Positions 30,268 through 40,349 of a stretch of 64,000 nt of DNA are shown piece by piece. The first letter of the stretch is position 1. Every line of letters begins with the position of its first letter. Source of the stretch: a virus (Duplodnaviria; Caudoviricetes); the IMG/VR virus record IMGVR_UViG_3300032254_000004, positions 508 through 64,507 of that record; one strand, given 5' to 3'. The notes under the pieces were generated by a model. The model was not told the DNA's origin. It worked only from the letters and a program-made list of their open reading frames with translations, and made no database searches. The translations under genes and the position numbers were made by a program.

Positions 30268-30980
30268 TATGATTCCCCTTTCAAATGAAATTTAGCAGTC
30301 TCTACTACTTCAGTATCTTCTGAATTTTTTGCCAACCACATTAGATAATCCTTAGGTACTTTATTCCATGGAGTTCCTTTATGTTTGCCAAAAGGTATCT
30401 TACCTACTTTAACATTAGAACCAGATACCACTATCATCTCTGCAAGTGTCATTTTCTTTGAAGCCAGCATCTTAGCTAAAAGAAAGGCAGTTACATAAGT
30501 ATCAGGACCTGCTCTATGTGCTGGTAAAGTTCTTGATTCTGTCATATGATGATCAAGCTTAAGGTAATATCTTAACACCTGATTCTTATGTGCTGGGGCA
30601 TCTGGATACATTGTTTGAGCTATCTTAAGAGTACATAGCCATTCAGTATCTTCAGGATTAAAGAACTTACTATCAAAGGCAACATTATGAGCCGCCCAAT
30701 AGTCACATTGTATCTCAGCCATTTCATCCAAGACTTCGCGAGAAGGCTTTGCAGCGACTAGCATATCATCCCTAATGTGATGTATTGCTAAAGCATTAAT
30801 ATTGATTGGATATGTTGGCTTAGCGAGAATACTGTGAGTATCCCCGACCCGAAGATTTTCAGTAATACCTTCATTATTTAAATCTACGAATAATTCCGTA
30901 TATGCAAATTCAACAATGTCTGCTTTTGGAGGAAACCCAGTCGTCTCCGTATCCATGACATTAATCTTTATCTGTCCCAT
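30267..30980 (-). CDS. DEDDh 3'-5' exonuclease (ExoX-like)
   Basis: DTETTG, AHNVAFD, AHRAGPDT; C-terminal PFGKHKG domain. Confidence 0.9.
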   Translation of the reverse strand: MGQIKINVMDTETTGFPPKADIVEFAYTELFVDLNNEGITENLRVGDTHSILAKPTYPININALAIHHIRDDMLVAAKPSREVLDEMAEIQCDYWAAHNVAFDSKFFNPEDTEWLCTLKIAQTMYPDAPAHKNQVLRYYLKLDHHMTESRTLPAHRAGPDTYVTAFLLAKMLASKKMTLAEMIVVSGSNVKVGKIPFGKHKGTPWNKVPKDYLMWLAKNSEDTEVVETAKFHLKGES

Positions 30981-30988
30981 TTCATTTC

Positions 30989-31339
30989 CTAATCTAGCCA
31001 TGATGTTGTAAGTACAATATTATTAGGTAGTTCATACTTCTTAAGTATGTTAGCTATCTCACTCTTAGAATAACCTGCTAATCCAGTACCTATTGGAGTA
31101 AGCATGAATAACATTTTAAGATTACTCCTTGCATATTTTATAAAAATAACTATATGCTTTTCAATTTCACTTAAAGGAAGCGTATTTAAATCTCCATCTT
31201 TAGTAGGTATAGCATATGCAGTTCCAGTAAGACCTTCCCCTATTCCATAAACAGCTCCATGATATTTCCTTGCAAATAATGCAGCTCCCATACCATGACG
31301 CCCAGCACGATTTGAACCAAAAACAAAAATCTCTTTCAT
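30989..31339 (-). CDS. macrodomain-like phage protein
   Basis: IFVFGSN.AG.HG.GAA and TPIGTGLAG motifs. Confidence 0.6.
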   Translation of the reverse strand: MKEIFVFGSNRAGRHGMGAALFARKYHGAVYGIGEGLTGTAYAIPTKDGDLNTLPLSEIEKHIVIFIKYARSNLKMLFMLTPIGTGLAGYSKSEIANILKKYELPNNIVLTTSWLD

Positions 31340-31340
31340 T

Positions 31341-31997
31341 CTATCTCCTGTTGATTAGTGCCATGAGTTCTGCACGAGCTTCTGGAACATCTTTAAAGCG
31401 TCCAGACATTTTGGAAGTCACCGTATCTGAATGATGGTCTTCACAACCTCTAAATTTAACACAAAAGTGTTCAGCCTCGATAATTACTGCAACATCCTTC
31501 GTTTCCAAGATCTCAATAAAAGCAGTTGCAATCTGTTCTGTCAGACGTTCTTGTAGTTGAGGGCGTCTTCCGAAGAACTCTACTACCCTATTGATTTTAG
31601 ACAGTCCAATTAATTTAGCACCTGGGATATATGCCACATGGGCACTTCCTATAATAGGCATAAAATGATGTTCACAAAGGCTCTTTAATTCAATATTCCG
31701 AATTAAAACAATTTCATCAGCCTTACCATCATTAGGAACTTCCATACATGCTGGAAAGTTTTCATAATCAAGACCTGAAAAAATTTCATTCTTGTACATC
31801 TTGGCTAGTCGATGAGGTGTTCCCTCAGTAGATGGATGTTTAAGATTTAGCCCTAAGTTCTCACAAAAAGGAGCTAAGTCTCTTTCTAAGTCAGAAACAT
31901 TCGTTTTACCAAACATTGCAAAATCGACAGGATTCTCAATCTCAGCATTAACTAAAGCTTTTCTAACTCTAATGCCTAATTTAGGATCGGTTTTCAT
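31341..31997 (-). CDS. folE: GTP cyclohydrolase I
   Basis: TPHRLAK, SLCEHHFMP, GLSKINR, QLQERLT, HFCVKFRG. Confidence 0.97.
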   Translation of the reverse strand: MKTDPKLGIRVRKALVNAEIENPVDFAMFGKTNVSDLERDLAPFCENLGLNLKHPSTEGTPHRLAKMYKNEIFSGLDYENFPACMEVPNDGKADEIVLIRNIELKSLCEHHFMPIIGSAHVAYIPGAKLIGLSKINRVVEFFGRRPQLQERLTEQIATAFIEILETKDVAVIIEAEHFCVKFRGCEDHHSDTVTSKMSGRFKDVPEARAELMALINRR

Positions 31998-32569
31998 TGT
32001 TCTTCCTTTTTCGAAGTTAAGCAATCAGCTACGATTTCCCACATATCACCATTTGACATTTGGTATCTGTCAAATTTATCATCAGGAGTTACCCCTATTT
32101 GACATAATGAATGTGCCCCTTTATCATGTTCTTCTGTCTTTTTCATTAAGGTAACTGTCTTACCATCTCCTAATGCAGTTGAAGAATGATATACATAAGG
32201 TAACATATCATAAGTTTCACCTACACTAATTTCCTGACTACTTACTTGTTTAAGTTGTCCCTCATAATGCTCAACCCAAGGTCGCCCTCCATTTTCCATA
32301 CGCGCGCCTTCATGTAAGTAAGCTATGTGTGAAAAACTAACAGGAACAGCCCTACTTAAGAAGAAAGTATCATTACGTTGCTTACCTACTATAACTCTAC
32401 TACGAAAACCAAAACGATGATCATGTACTTGCGAATGTTCAAAGCATGATCGTTTAGGAAGTTCAGGGTGCCATACATGCATTCTATAAGTTTCAGGTAA
32501 TTTAATTTGAAGAAAACCTAGTCCATGTAAAGAAATAGGTGCTCCAATTACATCATCAATCGTTCCCAT
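31994..32569 (-). CDS. cupin-fold hypothetical protein
   Basis: RMHVWHP and VHDHRFGFRSRV His-rich metal motifs. Confidence 0.55.
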   Translation of the reverse strand: MGTIDDVIGAPISLHGLGFLQIKLPETYRMHVWHPELPKRSCFEHSQVHDHRFGFRSRVIVGKQRNDTFFLSRAVPVSFSHIAYLHEGARMENGGRPWVEHYEGQLKQVSSQEISVGETYDMLPYVYHSSTALGDGKTVTLMKKTEEHDKGAHSLCQIGVTPDDKFDRYQMSNGDMWEIVADCLTSKKEEQ

Positions 32570-32930
32570 TTGTAAATCCTTCTCTTTTTCTACTTGTCCT
32601 TGAAACAGGTTCACCTCTTAGGCGTCTCACCTCAAAGTCCGCATATTCTTTAATCTTCTCAAGGTCTTCAATTTCCTTAGCTGGATCTTTAAGGCCTGCT
32701 CTTAGTACGTATCTAAGAATTGAGAATCGATTACCATTTAAATTTAAGACATTGGCAATATCAATAACTTCAATACCTAACCTTTCACCTAAAACACCTG
32801 TATAGTGACTAGGACTCTTTACCATATCTTTTACTGAAGCAGTAGAATTTTGAGCTGCTCTTGTTAAAGTTTCGGAAGCAATTTGCATTTTACTCTCGTC
32901 TGGCATGTTTTTATTCCTTATCCATTTCAT
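32556..32930 (-). CDS. DUF3310-like protein
   Basis: DMVKSPSHY, IEVID, GN....Y..RAG.K....EDLEK. Confidence 0.85.
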   Translation of the reverse strand: MKWIRNKNMPDESKMQIASETLTRAAQNSTASVKDMVKSPSHYTGVLGERLGIEVIDIANVLNLNGNRFSILRYVLRAGLKDPAKEIEDLEKIKEYADFEVRRLRGEPVSRTSRKREGFTNGND

Positions 32931-32972
32931 TTAATATCATGCAGTATATAATCGCAAGAATAAATAATGCAA

Positions 32973-35327
32973 TTAACCACATTTGGAATATCCGCAAGAT
33001 GAACAAGTCATACATCCAGCAACATTAACATAAGTAGGTTGTCTGCATGTAGGACAAATCTCGCCTTTTACTCCACTACCACTAGTACTCTTTTCCGCGC
33101 TAATAGAAGGCTGAATTTCATCAGGCTCTAACATCCCAAGCTTAATAAAATGCGCTTGTAGTGATTCCCCAATATAAGCAATCAGAGAGCCATAATGTCT
33201 TCCATTAACCCAAGCAGTATCCGACATGGAAACAACTTGTGATAATTCTTCAGCAATGAATGCTGAGTTATATTCAAGACGGAAAATGGAAGTAATTGCT
33301 AATGTTAGTCCTGTCATCCATTCATGATATCTGGCGTCTTTAGTAGCGAAGAATATTTCGAAAGGCCTTCCATTACTATCTTGATTAACTGTCATGTATA
33401 ATGCTGATGACATATGAGGCCAAGTAAGCTTATATGTAACACCATATAATTCTTCAGGCCTATCTCTTAGCAATGATGTAGGTGAAATAGCTTTCTTTTC
33501 TTCATCATCGTCAATTGAAAGAATAGATCCTCTAACATCAGAAGGACGATATGTAGTACATCCTTTACAACCTTTACTAGCTGCATAGGAATAAACATCC
33601 TTAAACTCTTCAAATGTCATTTCAGTAGGACAGTTAACTGTCTTAGAGATAGAAGAATCAATCCATTTCTGTAATGCTGCCTGAATATCAATATGCTCTT
33701 TAACCCCAAGATCTTGTGCAGTTACAAAATGCTCTGGAATCTTAATATCAGGATCATTATTTACATGCTTATAGAATCTGGTAAGGAAACTCTCTACGGT
33801 TTTCTCACGCCAGGTATTATCGTTATTTCTTACCTTACGTTTATATTCCAAAGCAAAGTTAGGTTCACATGAAGAAGAAACATTACCGAAAACAATAGAC
33901 GTGGTTCCTGTAGGAGCTAATGTTAATACAACCCCATTACGCATACCATACTTTTTGATCATTCCTTTTGTTTCAGAAGATAGTCTCTGAACGAATTTGG
34001 ACTGAAGGAATTTTTCTTCATCATATAATAAAAAGGAATCTTTCTCATATGCTAATTTGGCTGATGCTTGGTAAGCCATATTAGCAAAGAATTCACCCAT
34101 GGTATCTACAAAATTAAGAGAAGCTAAGTCACCATATTTAAATCCAAGTTGGGCAATGGCATCAGCTAATCCAGTAAAGCCAAGACCAATACGTCTTTTA
34201 TTCAGTTGCTCTTCTTTTTGTTCTTCGAGAGGGTAATTAGTTACATCAATTACATTGTCAAGGAATCTTACGCCTATGTTAATTGCTTCTTTAAAAGCAT
34301 CATAGTTAAAAGTTGCTTGAGGGGTAAAGGGTTTCTTAACTAATTTAGCAAGATTAATTGCACCTAAATTACATGCACCATATGGAGGTAATGGTTGTTC
34401 TCCGCAAGGATTTGTACAGCGGATATCTTCTACATAATTTAAATTATTCATTGCATTGACTTCATCAATGAAAATGATACCTGGTTCAGAATATTCATAG
34501 GTATTTTCAATAATTTGATTCCAAAGATCTCCGGCATCATGTACTGAGTAAGTATATTGTTGAACACCATTTTCATCTATGAAGTCATAATCTTTAAGCT
34601 CTTGAGGTCTTTCATCCTCACGACTTTCAAAGTACATAGGTTCATGGAAGTATAAAGGCCATTTTGCATCTTCAGCAATGGCGGATAAGAAAGCTTCAGA
34701 AACTAGTACCGAGATATTGAAATTAACTAATGACCCTGCTTCTCTCTTACAATGGATATAATCTATAAGATCTGGATGGGTGTCACTTAGAGTTGCCATC
34801 ATAGCACCTCTACGATTCCCGGCAGACATAATGGTTTGACACATTGAATCCCACATACGCATAAATGGGATTGGTCCTGAACTTGGAGAACCTGTACGCT
34901 GTAGTCGTGCACCAGATGGCCTTACGGTAGAAAAGTCAGTACCAATACCACCTCCTTGTTGCATTGATAATGCTGCTTGTTTATTAGCCAGCATAATGTC
35001 ATCAAGGTTATCTTCAATGGTTTTGTTTACAAAACAGTTAACTAACGTCACTCGATTGCCAGTACCTGCTCCTGCAAGATTTCTTCCTGCGGGAACAAAC
35101 AATCCTTGTGACATAACCTTTTTAAAGTTGTAATACCAATCAGCTTCGATACCTTCTACTTCAGCACTTGCCATAGCTAAAGCTACTCTATGGAAGGTAT
35201 CTAAGATAGAATTATCTTTATGGAACTTGTATTTTTGAGTCCAAATTTCCTCACTGAAATCATAACCAAAGAAATCAAATTTATCATGTAAGGAATCTAA
35301 TTCGATACTAATTTTGTTAATCATCAT
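32973..35327 (-). CDS. nrdJ: class II (B12-dependent) ribonucleotide reductase
   Basis: LVNCF, GGGIG, TNPCGEQPL..YGACNLG, APTGT, C-terminal TSCPD and CxxC..CxxC. Confidence 0.95.
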   Translation of the reverse strand: MMINKISIELDSLHDKFDFFGYDFSEEIWTQKYKFHKDNSILDTFHRVALAMASAEVEGIEADWYYNFKKVMSQGLFVPAGRNLAGAGTGNRVTLVNCFVNKTIEDNLDDIMLANKQAALSMQQGGGIGTDFSTVRPSGARLQRTGSPSSGPIPFMRMWDSMCQTIMSAGNRRGAMMATLSDTHPDLIDYIHCKREAGSLVNFNISVLVSEAFLSAIAEDAKWPLYFHEPMYFESREDERPQELKDYDFIDENGVQQYTYSVHDAGDLWNQIIENTYEYSEPGIIFIDEVNAMNNLNYVEDIRCTNPCGEQPLPPYGACNLGAINLAKLVKKPFTPQATFNYDAFKEAINIGVRFLDNVIDVTNYPLEEQKEEQLNKRRIGLGFTGLADAIAQLGFKYGDLASLNFVDTMGEFFANMAYQASAKLAYEKDSFLLYDEEKFLQSKFVQRLSSETKGMIKKYGMRNGVVLTLAPTGTTSIVFGNVSSSCEPNFALEYKRKVRNNDNTWREKTVESFLTRFYKHVNNDPDIKIPEHFVTAQDLGVKEHIDIQAALQKWIDSSISKTVNCPTEMTFEEFKDVYSYAASKGCKGCTTYRPSDVRGSILSIDDDEEKKAISPTSLLRDRPEELYGVTYKLTWPHMSSALYMTVNQDSNGRPFEIFFATKDARYHEWMTGLTLAITSIFRLEYNSAFIAEELSQVVSMSDTAWVNGRHYGSLIAYIGESLQAHFIKLGMLEPDEIQPSISAEKSTSGSGVKGEICPTCRQPTYVNVAGCMTCSSCGYSKCG

Positions 35328-35329
35328 TA

Positions 35330-35608
35330 TTACCCTCTTAAATTAGTTGTGCTTGTTTTGGTTGTTTGAGCTTTATTTTTTATTGCTTTTTGTTTTTGTG
35401 CTTTAGTACCAAACAAGATAATGCTGCTATAAAGTTCTTGTACTAAGGAATATAATCTTCCTGCAGGATTACTTGTTTCAAGAATTAAAGCACACTCAGT
35501 CATTGCTTCTTCTACGGTAAAAGTAGATTCAAACTTACCGCTAACTTGATTCCAAGCTCTCGAGAGTCTCCAATACTTTTGAATATTCGTCTCCAAGAGT
35601 GTTGACAT
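35330..35608 (-). CDS. hypothetical protein
   Basis: GAGG RBS before ATG 35608. Confidence 0.55.
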   Translation of the reverse strand: MSTLLETNIQKYWRLSRAWNQVSGKFESTFTVEEAMTECALILETSNPAGRLYSLVQELYSSIILFGTKAQKQKAIKNKAQTTKTSTTNLRG

Positions 35609-38009
35609 TACTGACCTCTTCAAATTGCTTATTAAATTCAGGTGATCCAATTAGATGACCCCAGCGAATTCCTAATTCAGATTCTGCTAGGAAAGGAACT
35701 CTTAAAAGTCCCCAATCTTTTGGTACTTGTTCCATAGTGGTAGTTACTAGGTGAGAAATCTCCTCTCGATCTTCCGGATCACATTCAATGATCAAACAGT
35801 CATGTACAGTATTAACAATTAATGCATTATACTTTTCTCTAAGGATTGGTTCTAAGATAGTACCAGCAATCAAAGTAATATCTGCTGCAGTACTCTGGTG
35901 TGGAAAGTTAGATGCAGTATTTTCAAGACGTCTTCTACGCTCTAAGGTTACAATACCAAATCTTCTTTTTCTTCCGAAGACTGTTCCTAGAGCTTGGCCT
36001 TTCATAACTGCATTACGACATCCCTTAATAAAGCGTGCTGCATCAGGAAAGCGATCTAACCATTTATTAATCCAACGTTGTGCTTCATTCAAAGTAATGT
36101 CAAACTCAGCAACAAAAGAGAATGCTTGTCTTCCGTAAACAATACCAAAGTTAATGGCTTTGCCTCGCATCTTCATTTCATGCTTTTCAAAAGCGCCTAT
36201 CTCTGGATTGGTATAATCTTCAAATACTTCAGCAGTTACTTCATCATGAAGACTAATCTCGTCATTGTTGAAGATTCTGCATAATTCTTCGTCTCCAGAT
36301 AACTGAGCTAAGGATCTTAATTCAGCTTGAGATAAGTCACATTCAATTAAGATTCTTCCTTCCGGAGCTATAAACATACCTCTTACTTCAGGCTGTCTAG
36401 GAATATTCTGCATATTAGGTCCAGCTGATGATAAGCGTCCTGTTACTGTACCATTTAGATTATAGGTAGCATGAATTCTTCCATCAGAGTCAATCTTTTC
36501 GATACACGGATATACGTATGTCGATAAATACTTTTGGATCTTTCGAATCCTAAGTAATGGCTCTAAACATTCATGTGAAGGTAAAGATTCTAAGGTATCT
36601 TTATCAGTAGATTGGTCTATATGCCCCAATTTAAGATGCCCATAAAGATACTTCTGTAGTTGCTTATATGAATTTGTATTTACCTCTTTACCCCAAGATG
36701 CAATAGCCAGATCTTGAAAAGTTTTCTGACATTCTTTCATCTCAGCTTCCATAGATTCCTTATGTTCTTGAACCCATTTCTGATCTGTTTGGAAACCATT
36801 CCATTCTACCCTAGCAAGATAGTTGGATGCTGGAATAAGTACTTTTTCATAATTTTTCTTTAAGGCTGGATCTTCTTGTAGCTTGGCCCATAATGGCGCG
36901 TATAGTTGATATGTAATCCCAATATCTAAAGCCGCATATTTCCTACGTATATCATCAGGTATCTCTCTATAGGAAGTATCCTTATTAGGTAAATATGGTT
37001 TCAACATTCCTTTGTAGTCAGGAGCACCAATCCAATCCTTACCTACTTGTTCAAGATCATGTATTCCTTTTACTTCATCAAGTACATAAGACATAAGCAT
37101 TGTATCATGATCAACTCTAGCATCCCAACAATCAAGAGCCCACATAAAACGAATGTCGAATTTACCGTTATGCCAAAGAAACTTACATTCATTTTCAAAT
37201 AGATCAGGAGTAATTAATTCTCCAGGAACTATAAATACGAATTTACCATTCCAAGTAAAGCCTATTTCTAAAGTTTCATGCTCCCAAAAATTAAATCCTC
37301 CAGTCTCAATATCAGAACCAATAATAGCCCCTGGACGTTTCTTCAACATCTTAGCAAGGGCTTTAACTTGATTCTTATTTGTAAGGGTAATATGTTTAGG
37401 CTCTACATATTTTTTGAATGTTCCCCCTTGGAATAAACTAAATGCTTTTTGAAAGTCATGGGTATATTGCTTTAGAGAACCCCCTCCAGCTATCATAGTG
37501 GAAGGATGATATGTAACAAAGACACCTTCAGAAGCTAAATCAGATTCAATTACTGAACCTCTTTCATTACCAATTTTAAGTTTGTGGTTTCCGGTAATAG
37601 CATGAAGAGCTCCTACACCTAATGCAATAATTTGCTTTCTAGGATGTGAGCCAATTTCTTCAAGAAGCCTTTTGTTGCAATTCTTTAGAGCACGTTTATA
37701 TTTAGATTTACCCCCTTCTTTTTCTCCTATCTTTTTACCTGCTTTATTCTTAATTATTTTACGCCCAGTCTTTTTATCTTTGGCAAAGCATTCAATGGCA
37801 TTAATATATAATGGTTCAATCCCAGCAGCTTTATAACCACCTCTTTCAAGCATACCTTCAATTAGTTTCTTATGCTGCCCTGTAAATGCTTTCTTATGAA
37901 CCATTTCGATAGGAGAAGGCCCATCACCAATAATGACTAATGGAGAGTCAGCTGGACCTCTCGATCCAACTTTAACTCCTCCATAAGGACAATCTTCACA
38001 TCCTGGCAT
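35541..38009 (-). CDS. polA: family A DNA polymerase with N-terminal uracil-DNA-glycosylase-like domain and 3'-5' exonuclease
   Basis: CxxC..IIGDGP..TYHPS (UDG-like); DIETGG, HNGKFD; DLSQAELR, KAINFGIVYG, TVHD. Confidence 0.95.
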   Translation of the reverse strand: MPGCEDCPYGGVKVGSRGPADSPLVIIGDGPSPIEMVHKKAFTGQHKKLIEGMLERGGYKAAGIEPLYINAIECFAKDKKTGRKIIKNKAGKKIGEKEGGKSKYKRALKNCNKRLLEEIGSHPRKQIIALGVGALHAITGNHKLKIGNERGSVIESDLASEGVFVTYHPSTMIAGGGSLKQYTHDFQKAFSLFQGGTFKKYVEPKHITLTNKNQVKALAKMLKKRPGAIIGSDIETGGFNFWEHETLEIGFTWNGKFVFIVPGELITPDLFENECKFLWHNGKFDIRFMWALDCWDARVDHDTMLMSYVLDEVKGIHDLEQVGKDWIGAPDYKGMLKPYLPNKDTSYREIPDDIRRKYAALDIGITYQLYAPLWAKLQEDPALKKNYEKVLIPASNYLARVEWNGFQTDQKWVQEHKESMEAEMKECQKTFQDLAIASWGKEVNTNSYKQLQKYLYGHLKLGHIDQSTDKDTLESLPSHECLEPLLRIRKIQKYLSTYVYPCIEKIDSDGRIHATYNLNGTVTGRLSSAGPNMQNIPRQPEVRGMFIAPEGRILIECDLSQAELRSLAQLSGDEELCRIFNNDEISLHDEVTAEVFEDYTNPEIGAFEKHEMKMRGKAINFGIVYGRQAFSFVAEFDITLNEAQRWINKWLDRFPDAARFIKGCRNAVMKGQALGTVFGRKRRFGIVTLERRRRLENTASNFPHQSTAADITLIAGTILEPILREKYNALIVNTVHDCLIIECDPEDREEISHLVTTTMEQVPKDWGLLRVPFLAESELGIRWGHLIGSPEFNKQFEEVSNVNTLGDEYSKVLETLESLESS

Positions 38010-38023
38010 TTAAGCCCCCAAAC

Positions 38024-38809
38024 TTAAATTGAACGAATCATACGGTTTACTTTTATTGTATTAAAATCCATCCATTCATTATGTTTAGCAGTTTCCCACC
38101 AATTCCCTCTGCCACTTAAATTAACAAAAGTATGGAATTCCTTGGATAATAGCTGTTCTGAATTTGCCAATCTTACTGGCACTGCAGAATCAATAGAAGC
38201 TACTGCAGGATGTTTTGCTGAAACCATATCATCCCAAACATAATCAGAAAAGCCTAAAAGATGAATGTTGACTCTAGGATAAAGAGTACTTACAATGTCA
38301 ACGAGTTCTCTCCGAGAATTACAAATACGTCCAGTTGTATTACGTGCAATACCAATCCAAGCGGGTTGATTTCCTGTAAACATAGCCATAAATTGTTCAA
38401 GACAACGAAGCCAACTAATCATATTTTCCCCTTGGGGAACAAACATAAGTTCAGCTCTAGAAGAAAAATAAGCAGCCCAATCAGGATATGCTTTTACGGA
38501 TGCTTCAAGAGTTCCTTGCCCATCAAGAAGAACATCTGGCAAGACTACTACTTGAGCTCCTGTGATTTCAGTAGCTTCTTTTACCATTCCAAAATCTACA
38601 GAATTACCCAATTCGATTACTGAATTGTCCATAATTGTACGATTCATAGTCCAATTACGATTCAGATCATTTCCAGGTTTAAATTGTTCATATGCTTCAG
38701 GATCTTTTACTACTTCATGAGCAAGGTAAAAAGCATTATGTAGAATTCGTGTATTGGAAAAGAGTTCTTTAAGAATATGCGGTGGTGCTACTGGAAGGAA
38801 AGATGCCAT
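38024..38809 (-). CDS. dpdA: TGT-like 7-deazaguanine DNA transglycosylase (DpdA-like)
   Basis: MDNSVIELG, LPDVL, VPQG, IHLLG, SIDS motifs; lies between queE and polA. Confidence 0.75.
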   Translation of the reverse strand: MASFLPVAPPHILKELFSNTRILHNAFYLAHEVVKDPEAYEQFKPGNDLNRNWTMNRTIMDNSVIELGNSVDFGMVKEATEITGAQVVVLPDVLLDGQGTLEASVKAYPDWAAYFSSRAELMFVPQGENMISWLRCLEQFMAMFTGNQPAWIGIARNTTGRICNSRRELVDIVSTLYPRVNIHLLGFSDYVWDDMVSAKHPAVASIDSAVPVRLANSEQLLSKEFHTFVNLSGRGNWWETAKHNEWMDFNTIKVNRMIRSI

Positions 38810-38813
38810 AGAA

Positions 38814-39629
38814 TTAAACCTCTGCTTTATTAGCCCATGTAAGTACATGAAGTTGTGGAAGGAAAACGGTATCAAAGAAGCGTTCATCGCTAAGAATATT
38901 ATCACATAAAACTCTATAGTCTTTCAAGAGTTCTAATCTCAAAAGGTTATCAACATCTTCTTGCCTGTCAGAATTTCCAAAACTATCTGCAATCTCTCTA
39001 CCTGGAGGATATGAATTACCTAAACTTAGATACTTACTGACAACACCATATTCTGCACAGATTTCAAAAACATGAGCAGCAAATTCCAGATCACGTTGAT
39101 CGAAGACTACAATCTTACATACTTTAGCGGCACCAGTATTACGTACTTGATCAAGAAAAGCCCTAAATTCTCTTGAATCAAAAGATTCACCCATACCAGG
39201 CCCCTTAGGAGACATTGTAATGACATCAACATAATTAAGATACTGTTGCCATTTAGTAGCTTGGGTTTCTACATTGATATGAAAACCTGCTGATTTAAAA
39301 TCTGCAGTTAACCTATTCAGATTGTGAATGCAAGGATTACCTCCTGAGTAAGTAATCCAATTACTTCTACCTTTTGACTTCGCATGATGATTAGCAAACT
39401 TGTCTATAATCTCTTGTTGCGTTAACCATTCAGCATTAGCCTGTACTTGCTTTGGGTCTACTGCATGCATACTATCGCACATTGTGCATTTATAATCGCA
39501 AAGACCAAATCTAATGAAATGTGTTTGAGCTCCAATAAGAAGACCTTCGCCTTGGATAGTAGGCCCAAACATTTCCATCACTGGAATCTTCTTTGTTAAT
39601 ATAGGATCAGTTTTAAGTTCTTTTGTCAT
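38814..39629 (-). CDS. queE: 7-carboxy-7-deazaguanine synthase (radical SAM)
   Basis: FGPTIQGEG, CDYKCTMCDS, SGGNP, ITMSPK, LPQLH. Confidence 0.95.
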   Translation of the reverse strand: MTKELKTDPILTKKIPVMEMFGPTIQGEGLLIGAQTHFIRFGLCDYKCTMCDSMHAVDPKQVQANAEWLTQQEIIDKFANHHAKSKGRSNWITYSGGNPCIHNLNRLTADFKSAGFHINVETQATKWQQYLNYVDVITMSPKGPGMGESFDSREFRAFLDQVRNTGAAKVCKIVVFDQRDLEFAAHVFEICAEYGVVSKYLSLGNSYPPGREIADSFGNSDRQEDVDNLLRLELLKDYRVLCDNILSDERFFDTVFLPQLHVLTWANKAEV

Positions 39630-39871
39630 ATTTTTAAATCCATCCAAGGTTTTGCTAAATCACTAGCAATTATATCCAAAGCTTCTTCTTTAGTAATTTG
39701 AAAGTGATTTGTCCAATCTACCTCTATAGCGGTATAGTTACGTTCACATAACCAAAGATTACCTGAAGGCATTCTTTTAATATGTAATGAACTATACATG
39801 TTGAGATGTTCACTTAACTGTTTAGTACGTAAAACACCATCTCTCAGACTAAGGGGTAAATTATCTGTCAT
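39626..39871 (-). CDS. hypothetical protein inside que cluster
   Basis: ORF coupled to queD and queE. Confidence 0.55.
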   Translation of the reverse strand: MTDNLPLSLRDGVLRTKQLSEHLNMYSSLHIKRMPSGNLWLCERNYTAIEVDWTNHFQITKEEALDIIASDLAKPWMDLKI

Positions 39872-39872
39872 G

Positions 39873-40349
39873 TTAATAAACCTTTTGGTAGATAGCTGAA
39901 TTGGCTTCATGTTCAGAGACTTCTACACGACGCAATTCAACTCTTTCTCCATAGCCGTTATCTACGAGCCAAGTCACAATACATTCGAAGATTAATTTGG
40001 CAGTTGCTTCCATACCGCAATGCTCAACATCAACCATATCAATAATTCCAGCATTATGCATTTCTTCAAATTTTCTACGTGCTGGGTCATCTTCAGCAAC
40101 TAACGTTTTATGATCGAAGGTATCTTCAAGCATTCCTTTGAGGCTTTTAAGAGAACCAAAGTCAACAACCCAGTTCTCTTTATTAAGCTCAACGGCAGCA
40201 AATTCCATTCGGATCTGAAGAGCATATCCATGTAGGAATCTACAATGAGATTCTGCTCTCCATTGTCTGAAAGCACAAGATAATCCTATATTATGAGTAT
40301 ATGTCTTTGTGCTTAAAAATTCGTGATTAGGAGCTGCTGTAATAGTCAT
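39873..40349 (-). CDS. queD: 6-carboxytetrahydropterin synthase
   Basis: SHCRFLHGY, WVVDFG, FDHKTL, VSEH. Confidence 0.95.
   Translation of the reverse strand: MTITAAPNHEFLSTKTYTHNIGLSCAFRQWRAESHCRFLHGYALQIRMEFAAVELNKENWVVDFGSLKSLKGMLEDTFDHKTLVAEDDPARRKFEEMHNAGIIDMVDVEHCGMEATAKLIFECIVTWLVDNGYGERVELRRVEVSEHEANSAIYQKVY

Noticed and set aside
32973-38009. Inteins or introns in nrdJ and polA
   Set aside because: Both ORFs are of normal length with contiguous catalytic motifs
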